64,000 nucleotides of DNA from an uncultured bacterium (GCA_942636505.2 CALOGB020000012.1:2657-66656); one strand, 5' to 3'. Shown: positions 1 through 12,673, counted from the first letter of the stretch. Notes: generated by a model from the sequence alone, not told the origin. Numbers and translations: made by a program.

Positions 1-1
1 C

Positions 2-673
2 TATGGCTGGCGGCTGTCGGCGCTGCTGGCGCTCGGCGCGTTCCAGGGCGCGATCGGCTGGTGGATGGTCGCCTCGGGCCTGTCCGTCCGCACCGACGTC
101 AGTCACATCCGACTCGCCGTCCATCTTCTGACCGCACTGACGATCCTCGCCGGGATCGTGTGGACCGCGCTCGACCTGATGGCACTGCACCGCAACCCGC
201 TCGCCGCCCCTGCCCGCCTCGCGCCCGTAGCGATCCTAGCGTTGGCACTGTTGTTCGTGCAGTTGGTCTACGGCGCCTTCACCGCCGGGCTCGACGCCGG
301 CTATGCCTTTGCGAGCTGGCCACTGATGGGTGACGGGCTGTTCCCCGCGGACGTGCCGATGGTAAATCCCGCCTGGAGCAACGCAGTCGACAATCCGATC
401 GTCGTCCAGTTCATCCACCGCTGGTTCGCGTTCGCCGCTGCCGCCGGGCTGATCTGGCTAGCCATTAAGGCGACCAAGACCGGCAGCAGCGCGGGGTTCT
501 TCGTCGTCGGACTCGTCACGCTCCAGATCATGCTCGGCATCGCGACGCTGATGACCGGCGTGCAGATCGACGTCGCGGTCGCACACCAGGGCAACGCCGC
601 GTTCCTCCTGATCGCCGCGATGTTCGCCGCCCACGCAGTCGGCACAACACCTCGCACAATGCAGCGGGTATAA
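2..673 (+). CDS. ctaA: heme A synthase (COX15/CtaA family), 5' end outside window
   Basis: Frame is open from the window edge. Multi-TM protein with His-bearing helices (HIRLAVHLL, FIHRWFA, VAHQGNA) as in COX15/CtaA. Confidence 0.7.
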   Translation, partial: YGWRLSALLALGAFQGAIGWWMVASGLSVRTDVSHIRLAVHLLTALTILAGIVWTALDLMALHRNPLAAPARLAPVAILALALLFVQLVYGAFTAGLDAGYAFASWPLMGDGLFPADVPMVNPAWSNAVDNPIVVQFIHRWFAFAAAAGLIWLAIKATKTGSSAGFFVVGLVTLQIMLGIATLMTGVQIDVAVAHQGNAAFLLIAAMFAAHAVGTTPRTMQRV

Positions 674-702
674 TGATACCCGTCAGGAAACCGGCGGAAA
701 GC

Positions 703-731
703 TTGACTTGAAGCCCCCCTTTCAGCATTAG
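703..731 (+). promoter_or_regulatory. possible sigma70-type promoter for rplM-rpsI
   Basis: TTGACT (703-708), 17-nt spacer, CATTAG (726-731), about 70 nt upstream of rplM. The -10 is a weak match. Confidence 0.25.
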
Positions 732-797
732 GCCGGCATTCGCGCTGCGGGGCCTCCCCTTGGTGCGCTTGCATTCAATCTGGAAGGTCTAACGCCC

Positions 798-1277
798 ATG
801 AAGGCGCTCATGAAGACCACCAAGTCGGCAAAGCCGGCAGAGGTGGACAAGCAGTGGCATATCGTCGACGCGGAAGGTCTCGTCGTCGGTCGTGCCGCAT
901 CGATCATCGCCAACGTCCTGCGCGGCAAGCACAAGGTGTCGTTCACCCCGCATGTCGATTGCGGTGACAACGTCGTCGTGATCAATGCCGACAAGATCCG
1001 CTTCACCGGCAACAAGGCCGCGAAGAAGATCTATTACAAGCACACCGGTTACGCCGGCGGCATCAAGGGCATCACTGCTGCCAAGGTCCTCGACGGCCGC
1101 TTCCCGGAGCGCGTTCTCGAAAAGGCCGTCGAGCGCATGATTCCGCGTGGGCCCCTGGGTCGTGAGCAGATGCGCAACCTGCGTATCTTCAAGGGCACCG
1201 AGCATCCGCACGAGGCACAGAACCCTGCCGTGCTCGACATCGGCAGCATGAACCGCAAGAACAAGGTGGGCGCATAA
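798..1277 (+). CDS. rplM: 50S ribosomal protein L13
   Basis: [24 protein letters not shown]...[12 protein letters not shown] is canonical L13. An alternative start is ATG 810. Confidence 0.95.
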   Translation: MKALMKTTKSAKPAEVDKQWHIVDAEGLVVGRAASIIANVLRGKHKVSFTPHVDCGDNVVVINADKIRFTGNKAAKKIYYKHTGYAGGIKGITAAKVLDGRFPERVLEKAVERMIPRGPLGREQMRNLRIFKGTEHPHEAQNPAVLDIGSMNRKNKVGA

Positions 1278-1834
1278 TGTCCGACAACCGCCAGTCGCTC
1301 GCCGATCTCGCGAGCCTGACCAACCAGCCCGCGCCGGCTGCCCCTGCCGAGCAGGCTCTGCCGACCAGCGAAGGCGATCTCGCAGCACCGGTCTCGAACG
1401 AGCCCGTCCGCGAGCCGATGCCGCTGCGCGAGCAGATCCTCGACAAGCAGGGCCGCGCCTATGCGACCGGCCGTCGCAAGGACGCCGTCGCACGCGTCTG
1501 GGTCAAGCCCGGCACCGGCAAGATCACGATCAACGGTCGTGACCAGGAAGTGTATTTCGCACGTCCGACGCTGCGTCTCGTCATCAACCAGGTGTTCGGC
1601 ATCACCGAGCGCGAAGGTCAGTACGACGTCGTCTGCACCGTCAAGGGCGGTGGCCTTTCGGGCCAGGCCGGCGCGGTCAAGCACGGCATCAGCCAGGCAC
1701 TGACCCGCTTCGAGCCGGTGCTTCGCGCATCGGTCAAGGCAGCAGGCTTCCTGACCCGCGACAGCCGCGTCGTCGAGCGCAAGAAGTACGGCAAGGCGAA
1801 GGCTCGTCGCAGCTTCCAGTTCTCGAAGCGCTAA
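1277..1834 (+). CDS. rpsI: 30S ribosomal protein S9 (with Ala/Pro-rich N-terminal extension)
   Basis: The C-terminus [19 protein letters not shown]...[19 protein letters not shown] is canonical S9. Its start shares one base with the rplM stop (TAATG). Confidence 0.95.
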   Translation: MSDNRQSLADLASLTNQPAPAAPAEQALPTSEGDLAAPVSNEPVREPMPLREQILDKQGRAYATGRRKDAVARVWVKPGTGKITINGRDQEVYFARPTLRLVINQVFGITEREGQYDVVCTVKGGGLSGQAGAVKHGISQALTRFEPVLRASVKAAGFLTRDSRVVERKKYGKAKARRSFQFSKR

Positions 1835-1860
1835 TCTCGCTTTCAGTATCCGCGTATCAG

Positions 1861-1896
1861 AAGGGCGGTCCGGCAACGGGCCGCCCTTTCTGGTTT
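1861..1896 (+). terminator. rho-independent terminator after rpsI
   Basis: GC-rich hairpin aagggcgg...ccgccctt followed by tctggttt. Confidence 0.6.
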
Positions 1897-1954
1897 GGGG
1901 TACAGCTTTGACGTCAAGGTGAGAGCTGCAACGAAGCCCAAACCCCAACGATCT

Positions 1955-2060
1955 CCCCTCCCTGAAAGGGAGGGGTCGGGGGTGGGTCGGCCAGCTTGAG
2001 CCCCAACGGTCGGACATGCGGAAGCCGACCCACCCCCAACCCCTCCCTTTTAGGGAGGGG
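1955..2060. repeat. REP-like composite palindrome, family A, copy 1
   Basis: CCCCTCCCTgaaAGGGAGGGG-tcGGGGGTGGGTCGG, a spacer, then CCGACCCACCCCC-aa-CCCCTCCCTtttAGGGAGGGG. The same architecture occurs at 5766-5873 and 8864-8972. Confidence 0.85.
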
Positions 2061-2180
2061 AGCCTGTTGGAGTTGGCGCGCAGCGTGGCTATTGCACATG
2101 CCACGGCGGTCGAACTTGTCGAACGTGATGTTCCCGCCAGATACGAAAGCGCGCCAAAGCCGCAGCGGCGCGGCCGTTTC

Positions 2181-2237
2181 TTGTTCTCCCGCGAAGGCGG
2201 GAGCCCAGTCTGGGTCCCCGCCTTCGCGGGGAAACAA
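2181..2237. repeat. 57-bp palindromic REP/MITE-like element, family B, copy 1
   Basis: ttgttctcccgcgaaggcgggagccc-agtct-gggtccccgccttcgcggggaaacaa. Near-identical copies lie at 12617, 20539 and 26616. Confidence 0.9.
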
Positions 2238-2245
2238 TCGACGCC

Positions 2246-3229
2246 TTACCCCAACGCCGCGATGATTTCTTCAAGCGAGGCGTTGCGGATCCCGCGGCGG
2301 TCGAACTCGTCCAGCATCGCGGTCCACCATGCATGAAAGCGCTTCAAGTCCGCCGCATCACGAACGTAAGGCGTGTGACCCGGGACCAAGGACGGCGAGT
2401 GGAAGGACAGGTTGAGCAACCGCAGCCCTTCGCCAACCGCCACCGCAACGGCCTCCAGAGCATCAGCGATCGGCATATCCTCGGGGGTGAGCGCGATCCT
2501 GGACAGCAGGTGCGCGCGTGCGAAGAGGCCCCTGCCCTTTGGAATGCGTCCGAGTGCCTGGTACAACTGCGCGCCACCCCGCCGTACGCCGCCCGTGAAG
2601 ACCGTGGTCAGCGGCAACTCGACGATCCCCTCTGCGCGATACGCGCCGGCGTCGGCCACCGAGAAGTCGGGACCTCCGTCAGCACTGTAATCATAGCCGG
2701 GACGAACCGAGCTATCGATCCGATAACCGAGCCCGGCGAGCAGCGCGAAACTGTTCGGACCGATACCGTAGCGGCCAGCCCGGTAAGCGCGGGGGGCCTT
2801 ACCGAACGCGGTCGTAATGGCCCGGGTAAGCGTTTCGAGCTTGGCGGCCTCCGATGCGGGCGGCAGGTTGCCGGCGTAACTCGATCCCGGCGGCGCGCTG
2901 TCCGGGAACGGCGGATTGACCCAGGCATGGAGCTGTGTGCCGATCTCCGACCGTCCGTCTTCGACGACACGCGACAAGATCGCGACGGCCGCCGGATCGG
3001 TAGCGACCGGATAGTCGACCATGCAGGCCAACGCGACGCCCCGTTCGGCGAACCGGCGATGCGCCTCTGGAAAGGCCCCCATCGCAGTCGTCGCGCGGTT
3101 GCGGCGATCCAGCGGGGCGTTCCAGTCGAATTCCTCTTCGACGTCCGCGAAGACGGTGAAGCGCGTGCCGAATTCCTCGGGCCATACCACGCGTTGTGCG
3201 TCGGTCGGGCGCGGGGGGCGATACGTCAC
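2246..3229 (-). CDS. polysaccharide deacetylase-family (NodB-fold-like) protein
   Basis: 327-aa ORF with good coding character. Motifs FADVEEEFDW and LHAWVNPP resemble a deacetylase family recalled from memory. Its start overlaps the stop of the upstream kinase gene by 4 nt. Confidence 0.55.
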   Translation of the reverse strand: MTYRPPRPTDAQRVVWPEEFGTRFTVFADVEEEFDWNAPLDRRNRATTAMGAFPEAHRRFAERGVALACMVDYPVATDPAAVAILSRVVEDGRSEIGTQLHAWVNPPFPDSAPPGSSYAGNLPPASEAAKLETLTRAITTAFGKAPRAYRAGRYGIGPNSFALLAGLGYRIDSSVRPGYDYSADGGPDFSVADAGAYRAEGIVELPLTTVFTGGVRRGGAQLYQALGRIPKGRGLFARAHLLSRIALTPEDMPIADALEAVAVAVGEGLRLLNLSFHSPSLVPGHTPYVRDAADLKRFHAWWTAMLDEFDRRGIRNASLEEIIAALG

Positions 3230-5109
3230 CGCTGTTCGTCGGCGGTCCGCTCCGCATCGACAGTATCAGCAGCCGGAAGCTGAAGGGTCAGGCGGTCGGC
3301 TCCGATCGTCAGCACGCCCCCCAGTTCGACCGCAAGGTTCTGTGCCAGCCGCAACGCGAACCCGGTCCCAAGCAAGGGCGCGCCATCGCCGTCACTCTCA
3401 TGTTCGGCATCGATGCTCAGCAGGACATCGGTGGCATGCGCGGCGAGCGCGGCGGGTCGGTCGAACTCGATCGTCACGGTATCGGCGACCGGCCGCACGA
3501 CCACGCCGAGCTGCTCGCCCTTCCGCCCTGCCGAAACCAGCGCGGCGAGCAACCGGCCGATCAACCGCTCGACCGCACGATCGTCGCCGAGGATGTCGCA
3601 GTCGCCCGCCGGCATCGCTACGCCCAGGCTCGTGCCCCTCAAGGTCGCGAGCGGCTGAAGATCGCGGGCGACCCGGTCGAGCAACGCACGAACCGGCACC
3701 GTCGTCGGGCGCAGGTCGAGCGCACGCCCTTCGATCCGCGCGGCAGTATCGAGATCGTCGATCGCCGCGAGCAGGTCGCCCGCCTGCGTGCGGATCGTGG
3801 TCGCACGGTCGCGGTAGGTCGGCGATACCGGACCCAGCAACTGCGTCTCGATCAGCTCCGCGAACCCGGCGATCGCATTGGTGGGCGTGCGCAGTTCATG
3901 AACGAGCTGGCGGAGCGAGTCGGACACTGGTGACGAGACGCGAACCGGCTCGGCCGTCTCGTCGCGACGAGGGCGACGCCCCGTTCCGCGGAAGCCGATG
4001 AAGCGACCCGACGCATGTTCGAACGCCGGTACGCCCGACAGCCGCCACGATCCGAACGCATCGGACAGGCCGCCCACTTCGAGCCGCGCATCGCTGAACC
4101 GCGAGCGTCGGCGGAACGCGCCTGCCGCAACTCCGTCGAGATGCGCCTCCCCCTGCTGCGCGGCATAGGCGAGCGACACGCCGACCAGTGCCGAGCGGGC
4201 GACGCCGTCGACCATCCGGATGACGCCTTGCGCGTCGGTCTCGAAGCGGAAGCCCTCGATTTCGGCCGCCGCGGGCGCTGGCGTAGCAGCATCGACGGTG
4301 CGGTCGCGATTGAACGCCTCGATGCGCGCGACGAGGTCGGAAATCTCGAACCGGTCCGCCGGCGCTGGTTCAGCTTCCTCGACGACATTCGGCTCGGTCT
4401 CGGCTAGCTTGGCGTGGCGAAACGCCTCGGCGACGAACGGCAGCCCGCGTGCGACCGCGCCGAGCGCCATGAACGGGGTTTCGCTCAGCGGCGCGGCGTA
4501 TTGGGACAGCTCGGGAATGTCGGTGGGAGCCGGTTCCGGACGCTTCGCGACCGGTTCATCGCGGACTGGCGCTTTTTCGATCGGCACCAGCTCGGGAGCG
4601 ATGGGCTCGGGCGCGACCGGTTCCGCCTCGGCCATCTCGATCAGCGCTTCGGGTTGCGGCAACACAAAGTCGGTCGGACCGAAGCTCTGCAACCCACGCT
4701 GGACCTCGGCGGGCAGATCACGTCGATGGCGCAGCACGGATCGGCTGGGCGGCGTCAGTCGCGGGAGAAGCGCGAGCCAATCGTCCGGCTCCAGCGTCGC
4801 CGTCCGCAACACCGGCGCGGCGATCGCCAGCACGTCTTCCGCGAAGAACCCGACGAGCCGCGCATCGGGCTTGGCAAACGCCAGCGCCCGCGCACTCGCG
4901 GCACGGACATCGACCGGCACCGCCTGCCGCAACAGCCGCAACCGTGCGATCGCCGGCTCGTCGACCACTGCACGACCGCGTCCCATCAGGTCGACCAGCT
5001 GCCGCCATGCCGATTGCGCACCGAAATCGGTGGCCATGTCGGCGGCAAGGATCGTCTTCAGGCTATCGTCGAACCGCACATCGTTCCCCGGCTTCAGCGG
5101 GCTTAGCAC
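3226..5109 (-). CDS. histidine kinase-like protein with intact H-box but degenerate ATPase domain
   Basis: H-box HELRTPTNAIAGFAELI. The expected N-box reads RLIGRLLAALVSAG with no Asn. The G1 box is absent. A G2-like GTGFALRLA is present. Confidence 0.75.
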   Translation of the reverse strand: MLSPLKPGNDVRFDDSLKTILAADMATDFGAQSAWRQLVDLMGRGRAVVDEPAIARLRLLRQAVPVDVRAASARALAFAKPDARLVGFFAEDVLAIAAPVLRTATLEPDDWLALLPRLTPPSRSVLRHRRDLPAEVQRGLQSFGPTDFVLPQPEALIEMAEAEPVAPEPIAPELVPIEKAPVRDEPVAKRPEPAPTDIPELSQYAAPLSETPFMALGAVARGLPFVAEAFRHAKLAETEPNVVEEAEPAPADRFEISDLVARIEAFNRDRTVDAATPAPAAAEIEGFRFETDAQGVIRMVDGVARSALVGVSLAYAAQQGEAHLDGVAAGAFRRRSRFSDARLEVGGLSDAFGSWRLSGVPAFEHASGRFIGFRGTGRRPRRDETAEPVRVSSPVSDSLRQLVHELRTPTNAIAGFAELIETQLLGPVSPTYRDRATTIRTQAGDLLAAIDDLDTAARIEGRALDLRPTTVPVRALLDRVARDLQPLATLRGTSLGVAMPAGDCDILGDDRAVERLIGRLLAALVSAGRKGEQLGVVVRPVADTVTIEFDRPAALAAHATDVLLSIDAEHESDGDGAPLLGTGFALRLAQNLAVELGGVLTIGADRLTLQLPAADTVDAERTADEQR

Positions 5110-5276
5110 GCTCTCCGTACCGATTCCTTAACGCGCGCGGCGATGCGAAGGAACAACCCATTTTGGTAGGCAAAGGCCTTCGTCGCATTGTGGGACAATT
5201 GCGTTTCGCCGCAACAATCTTATCGCTATGAAGAATGAATCGCTTGGTTTGCGATGCCCATCAGGAGTTGCGTGTA

Positions 5277-5744
5277 ATGAGTTTTGACCGGATCGATCGG
5301 CAGATCCTGTCGCTGTTGCAGGCCGACGGTCGGATGACCAATGTCGACCTGGCCGACCAGGTGGGGCTCACTGCGCCGCCGTGCCTCCGCCGCGTCCGCG
5401 CACTCGAGGAAGCCGGTGCCATTCGTGGCTATCACGCTGATCTCGATGCCAGCCGCCTGGGCTTCCCGATCACCGTGTTCGCGATGGTGTCGCTGCGCAG
5501 CCAGGCCGAGCACGACCTCGCCGCGTTCGAGCATCACATCGCCGACATTCCCGAAATCCGCGAATGCCACATGCTCAACGGCGAGATCGACTTCATCCTG
5601 AAGATCGTCGCGGCCGATCTGAAGAGCTTCCAGGAAATCCTGACGACGCACCTGACGCCCGCGCCCAACGTGGCGAGCGTCAAGACGTCGCTGACGATCC
5701 GGACGGCGAAGGCGCTGTCGGGTATCCCGGTGGTGATCGACTGA
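5277..5744 (+). CDS. Lrp/AsnC family transcriptional regulator
   Basis: MSFDRIDRQILSLLQADGRMTNVDLADQVGLTAPPCLRRVRALEEAGAIRGY is a typical Lrp HTH followed by an RAM domain. AGGAG lies 10 nt upstream of ATG 5277. Confidence 0.9.
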   Translation: MSFDRIDRQILSLLQADGRMTNVDLADQVGLTAPPCLRRVRALEEAGAIRGYHADLDASRLGFPITVFAMVSLRSQAEHDLAAFEHHIADIPEIRECHMLNGEIDFILKIVAADLKSFQEILTTHLTPAPNVASVKTSLTIRTAKALSGIPVVID

Positions 5745-5765
5745 TCTTCTGACTTCCAGCCTTCG

Positions 5766-5873
5766 CCCCTTCCTGGAAGGGAGGGGTTGGGGGTGGGTCG
5801 GGTTCCGCTTGGTTCGGACCTTCGTGACACGAGCAGGCCAACCCACCCCCTGCCCCTCCCTTTCAGGGAGGGG
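5766..5873. repeat. REP-like composite palindrome, family A, copy 2
   Basis: Same two-hairpin plus GGGGGTGGGTCGG/CCAACCCACCCCC architecture as 1955-2060. Confidence 0.85.
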
Positions 5874-5966
5874 AGTTCGGACGCCGTGATTGGCTAGCCA
5901 TACCTGCAAACGAAAACGGGGCGGCATTTCTGCCGCCCCGTTTCCCCATTCCAACGACGCCGCAGC

Positions 5967-7259
5967 TTACGCAGCCGGTGCGCCGAGCCAGGTCGTCCAC
6001 AGACCGGCAACGTCGGCCTTGGGCGAAGCCTTGACCGCGGAGAACGCCGTCGTGGCCCCAGCCTTGTCGCCCGACCGCGCGAGCGCGATGCCCATATGCA
6101 GGTTGACGTCGTCGGCATCGACGCCGCCCTTGGTCAGCGCCAGGCGATACAGCTCGATCGACTTGGCGTAGTTGTTCTGCCCCAGATAGGCATCGGCCGT
6201 ACCCGCGGCGAGCTTGCCGTTGGGCGCCGCCGCAGCGCGCTTCTCGAGGCCCGACAACGGACCGTCGTTGGCGATGTTCTTGCTCGCGTCCGCCAGCAGG
6301 CCCTTGGCCATCGTGTTCGACGCCGGGATCTTGCCCGACGCAAGACCTTCCTTGATCACCGCCTGCGCTTCGCTCGGCAAGCCGCGACGGTTCACGCTGT
6401 CAGCATACTGGAGATAGTCGGTCTGATCGGCGAGCGAATTGGTCGCACGCATCAGGCGGAACACGTCGACCTTCTGCGCTTCGTCGAGCGGGATCAGCGC
6501 GTTGGCCTGGATGCCCGACAGGATCAGCACGTCACGCCAGTTCTTTGCCGACGGGTATGCCGTGATCCACTTCTTCAGCCACGCCATCGTGTCGGCGTTG
6601 CGCTTGGCGGCGTAGGACTTGGCGATCGCGTACCGGTAATATTCCTCCGGCGCCTTCTGGCCCGATGCCGTCATCTGCGCGATGCTGGCCTCCAGGTCGG
6701 CGGTCGCACCGGCGACGTCGCCACTGTCCATCTTCGCCTTGATGACCTGCAGCGGCAGGTTCGGATCCGTGTAGCCGAGCTCCTTCGCCTTGGCGAAATA
6801 CTGCAGCGCGATCGGGTACTGCTTGCCGTTGAACGCGAGTGCGCCGCGGCGATAGGCGTAACGACCACGATCGGCAGCCGGCGTCGCCGGATTGGCGATC
6901 AGCGCGTCGAGCGGCTTTGCCAGCGTCGTCTCGTTCATCGGGGCGTTCGGGTTGGCGGTCTGCGCGGCGACCAGCTTCTCGTTCTCGAGCTGATAACGAA
7001 GCGCGGCGCCGATATACTTTTCGTAATCGGTCTTGGCGGCGGCATCGACCTGGTCGATCGCGGTCTGTGCGCCGGCATAGTCCTTGGCGGTCAGCGCGGT
7101 CTGCGCCGCGATGCCCGGCTTCTGGACTTCGGGGCTCAGCTTCATTGCCGGCGCCTCTTCGGCCTTCTTGTCCTTGGCGAACGCAGGCGCCGACAGCGCG
7201 AGGCCGCTCGTGCCGGTGGCAAACGCCGCAATCAGTGCAAGCTTGGAAATGGTCTTCAT
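5967..7259 (-). CDS. secreted TPR-repeat protein
   Basis: Signal peptide MKTISKLALIAAFATGTSGLALSAPAFA starts at ATG 7259. The rest is helical Ala/Tyr/Leu-rich repeats (AYRRGALAFNGKQYPIALQYFAKAKELGY). Confidence 0.65.
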   Translation of the reverse strand: MKTISKLALIAAFATGTSGLALSAPAFAKDKKAEEAPAMKLSPEVQKPGIAAQTALTAKDYAGAQTAIDQVDAAAKTDYEKYIGAALRYQLENEKLVAAQTANPNAPMNETTLAKPLDALIANPATPAADRGRYAYRRGALAFNGKQYPIALQYFAKAKELGYTDPNLPLQVIKAKMDSGDVAGATADLEASIAQMTASGQKAPEEYYRYAIAKSYAAKRNADTMAWLKKWITAYPSAKNWRDVLILSGIQANALIPLDEAQKVDVFRLMRATNSLADQTDYLQYADSVNRRGLPSEAQAVIKEGLASGKIPASNTMAKGLLADASKNIANDGPLSGLEKRAAAAPNGKLAAGTADAYLGQNNYAKSIELYRLALTKGGVDADDVNLHMGIALARSGDKAGATTAFSAVKASPKADVAGLWTTWLGAPAA

Positions 7260-7422
7260 GCGGAAACTCTCCCTCTGCGTCGGCCCGCTTACGTAAGTGG
7301 CGCGCCGCGACGCTATATGGTCCGTGGTGCATACGTTCAAGCAAGCGGTCCGGATCCCCTGCCTGCAAATTAGCGGGTGAACGTCGATTGAACGCGCTCC
7401 CCGCCAACGCTAGATCGCGACG

Positions 7423-8172
7423 ATGATCGCTGTCCTATCGCCCGCCAAGACGCTCGATTACGAGAGCGCGCTCCCCAAGCTCGACCCGACCACGCCGCAC
7501 TTCGCCGACGACGCAAAGACGCTGGCGCATGCCGCCGCGCACCTGACGCAAAAGAAGCTGTCGGAACTGATGCATATCTCGCCGGCACTGGCGAAATTGA
7601 ACGCGGACCGGTTCCGCGATTTCGACACACTGCCCGAGCGGCCGGCGATGTTCGCGTTCGCGGGCGACGTCTATACCGGGCTCGAGGCAAAGACGCTCGA
7701 CGAGGCCGCGGTGGACTACGCGCAGGATCACGTACGGATGCTGTCGGGGCTCTACGGTCTGCTGCGGCCGCTCGACCTGATGCGACCCTACCGGCTGGAA
7801 ATGGGCACGCGCTGGGCGCCGCGGAAAACGAAGCTTACCGACTGGTGGGGGGACCGGATCGCCAGGCTGCTCGCCGACGATGTCGAGGCGGAGGGGTCGG
7901 GGACGATCCTCAACCTCGCGAGCCAGGAATATTGGGCGGCAGCAGACGGCAAGCTGCCCAAGTCGATCCGCATTGTCGCGATCGATTTCCGCGAAGGCGA
8001 GGCGCAGAAGTTCGTTAGCTTCCACGCCAAGAAGGCGCGCGGCATGGTCGCGCGGTGGCTGGTCGAGCACCGCGTCGACGACATCGAGGGGATCAAGGGC
8101 TTCGACAGCGATGGCTACGCGTATGACGCGGCGGGCAGCAGCGACGCGCAGTTCAGGTTCGTGCGCAAGTGA
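7423..8172 (+). CDS. yaaA: YaaA/DUF328 family peroxide-stress protein
   Basis: The N-terminus MIAVLSPAKTLDYES and overall length are typical of YaaA. Confidence 0.85.
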   Translation: MIAVLSPAKTLDYESALPKLDPTTPHFADDAKTLAHAAAHLTQKKLSELMHISPALAKLNADRFRDFDTLPERPAMFAFAGDVYTGLEAKTLDEAAVDYAQDHVRMLSGLYGLLRPLDLMRPYRLEMGTRWAPRKTKLTDWWGDRIARLLADDVEAEGSGTILNLASQEYWAAADGKLPKSIRIVAIDFREGEAQKFVSFHAKKARGMVARWLVEHRVDDIEGIKGFDSDGYAYDAAGSSDAQFRFVRK

Positions 8173-8855
8173 GCAGCGCGGTCGTCATCGGCGTCTCGGG
8201 CGGGATCGGCAAGGCGCTGGAGGAAGCGCTGATCGAGGAAGGTGCGTTCGACAAGGTCTACGGGTTCGCGCGGTCGGAAAAAGGCGATCGGCATCTCGAT
8301 CTGGAGGATGAGGCGAGCATTGCTGCGGCAGCCGGGCGCGTGGGGTCGCCGACACTGGTGATCGTCGCGACGGGGTTGCTGCACGACGGCGACAAGGGTC
8401 CCGAGAAGGCGATGCGCGAGCTCGATCCGGTGTGGATGGCGCGCAACTTCGCGATCAATTCGATTGGGCCCGCGCTCGTGGCCAAGCACTTCCTGCCGAC
8501 GATGCCGAAGGCGGGGCGGATCGTGTTCGCCGTGCTCTCGGCGCGCGTGGGCAGCATCGGCGATAACAAGCTCGGCGGCTGGTACGGGTATCGTGCGTCG
8601 AAGGCTGCGCTGAACCAGCTGGTGAAGACGATCTCGATCGAGGACAAGCGCCGCAATTCGAGCGGGATCGTCGTCGGCCTGCATCCGGGCACGGTCGACA
8701 CCGGCCTGTCGAAGCCGTTCCAGGGCAACGTGACGCCTGGCAACCTATTCAAGCCGGACCGCGCGGCGGTACAGTTGCTCGACGTCATCGACGGCCTGCG
8801 CGCACCGGACAGCGGCAAGTTGTTCGCCTGGGACGGCGTCGAGGTCACGCCCTGA
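8169..8855 (+). CDS. short-chain dehydrogenase/reductase (C-factor-like SDR)
   Basis: VIGVSGGIGKAL glycine-rich loop and the YRASKAAL catalytic Y-x3-K. GTG start overlaps the yaaA stop. Confidence 0.85.
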   Translation: MSSAVVIGVSGGIGKALEEALIEEGAFDKVYGFARSEKGDRHLDLEDEASIAAAAGRVGSPTLVIVATGLLHDGDKGPEKAMRELDPVWMARNFAINSIGPALVAKHFLPTMPKAGRIVFAVLSARVGSIGDNKLGGWYGYRASKAALNQLVKTISIEDKRRNSSGIVVGLHPGTVDTGLSKPFQGNVTPGNLFKPDRAAVQLLDVIDGLRAPDSGKLFAWDGVEVTP

Positions 8856-8863
8856 CTTCTGCT

Positions 8864-8972
8864 CCCCTCCCTGAAAGGGAGGGGTTGGGGGTGGGTCGGC
8901 CGGTTGTAGACCACGACCGCGTAGCCATCGCGGAAACCGACCCACCCCCTGCCCCTCCCTTCCAGGGAGGGG
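8864..8972. repeat. REP-like composite palindrome, family A, copy 3
   Basis: Same architecture as copies 1 and 2, immediately after the SDR stop codon. Confidence 0.85.
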
Positions 8973-9087
8973 TAAGAAGTAAGCCCCGCGCATGACGCCG
9001 ATTTCACCTGCCCGCCATCACGCGTTCAGGTCCCCCGGCGCAGTCTCTCCGCATCGTCCACCAAGGCCGAAACGAGAGGATACCCGC

Positions 9088-9369
9088 ATGAAGAAGTCCC
9101 TCCCCCTCGCGATCCTCGCCGGTAGCGCGCTGCTCTCCGGCGGCGCAGCGGTTGCCGCCACTCAGGCTCAGACCAGCGTCAAGCCAAAGACCGTCGCGAC
9201 GCACACCACCACGACCAAGACGACCACGCCCGCCGGCAACACCAAGGTCGCCAAGCGCACGACCACCGTCGCCAAGGGCCGCATGGTTACCGCCAAGCTC
9301 GCGAACGGCAAGTCCGTCACCTACAATTGCTCGCTCGCCGGCAACAAGACCAAGACCGCGTGCAAATAA
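9088..9369 (+). CDS. small secreted Thr/Lys-rich protein with C-terminal Cys pair
   Basis: Signal peptide MKKSLPLAILAGSALLSGGAAVAA. Low-complexity T/K-rich body. C-terminus CSLAGNKTKTAC. Confidence 0.5.
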   Translation: MKKSLPLAILAGSALLSGGAAVAATQAQTSVKPKTVATHTTTTKTTTPAGNTKVAKRTTTVAKGRMVTAKLANGKSVTYNCSLAGNKTKTACK

Positions 9370-9450
9370 CCCGTAATTAACGATGAAACCCTTCTCCCTC
9401 GCGTGCGTACGCGTGCGCGGGGGTAGTAAGGTGCCCCCCCCTCGGCTAAG

Positions 9451-12251
<2,801 letters not shown>

Positions 12252-12255
<4 letters not shown>

Positions 12256-12602
12256 GCCGCGATCCGATCGCCTATAAGGTGCTGACGGGGGAGCAGCTGG
12301 CGACCCTGGAAACCGGGAGCTTTGCGGGCGCGCCGGTGGATCTGGCCGACGGCTATATCCACCTGTCGACCGCGGAGCAGCTGACGGAGACGGTCGACAA
12401 GCACTTTGCCGGTCAGTCGGACCTGCACGTCGCGGCGATCGATCTCGAAGCGCTCGGCGACGACGTGAAGTGGGAAGCGTCGCGTGGCGGACAGCTGTTC
12501 CCGCACATCTACGGCGGCCCGCTGCTGCTCGAGGTCGTGCTGTCCTACGGCCCGCTGGAGCGCGACGAAGACGGCAAGGTGAAGCTCCCCGTCGCCGGCT
12601 GA
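12252..12602 (+). CDS. DUF952 family protein
   Basis: DGYIHLSTAEQL and FPHIYG motifs. ATGA overlap with the gyrA stop. Confidence 0.8.
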
Positions 12603-12616
12603 CCCCGACCTAAAGC

Positions 12617-12673
12617 TTGTTCTCCCGCGAAGGCGGGAGCCCAGACTGGACTCCCGCCTTCGCGGGAGAACAA
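12617..12673. repeat. family B palindromic element, copy 2
   Basis: ttgttctcccgcgaaggcgggagccc-agact-ggactcccgccttcgcgggagaacaa. Confidence 0.9.

Noticed and set aside
9395-9430. GC-rich hairpin (ccctcgcg...cgcggggg) between the small secreted protein gene and gyrA, considered as a terminator
   Set aside because: No downstream T-tract is present. It may be a stem-loop with another role, but I cannot support a terminator call.
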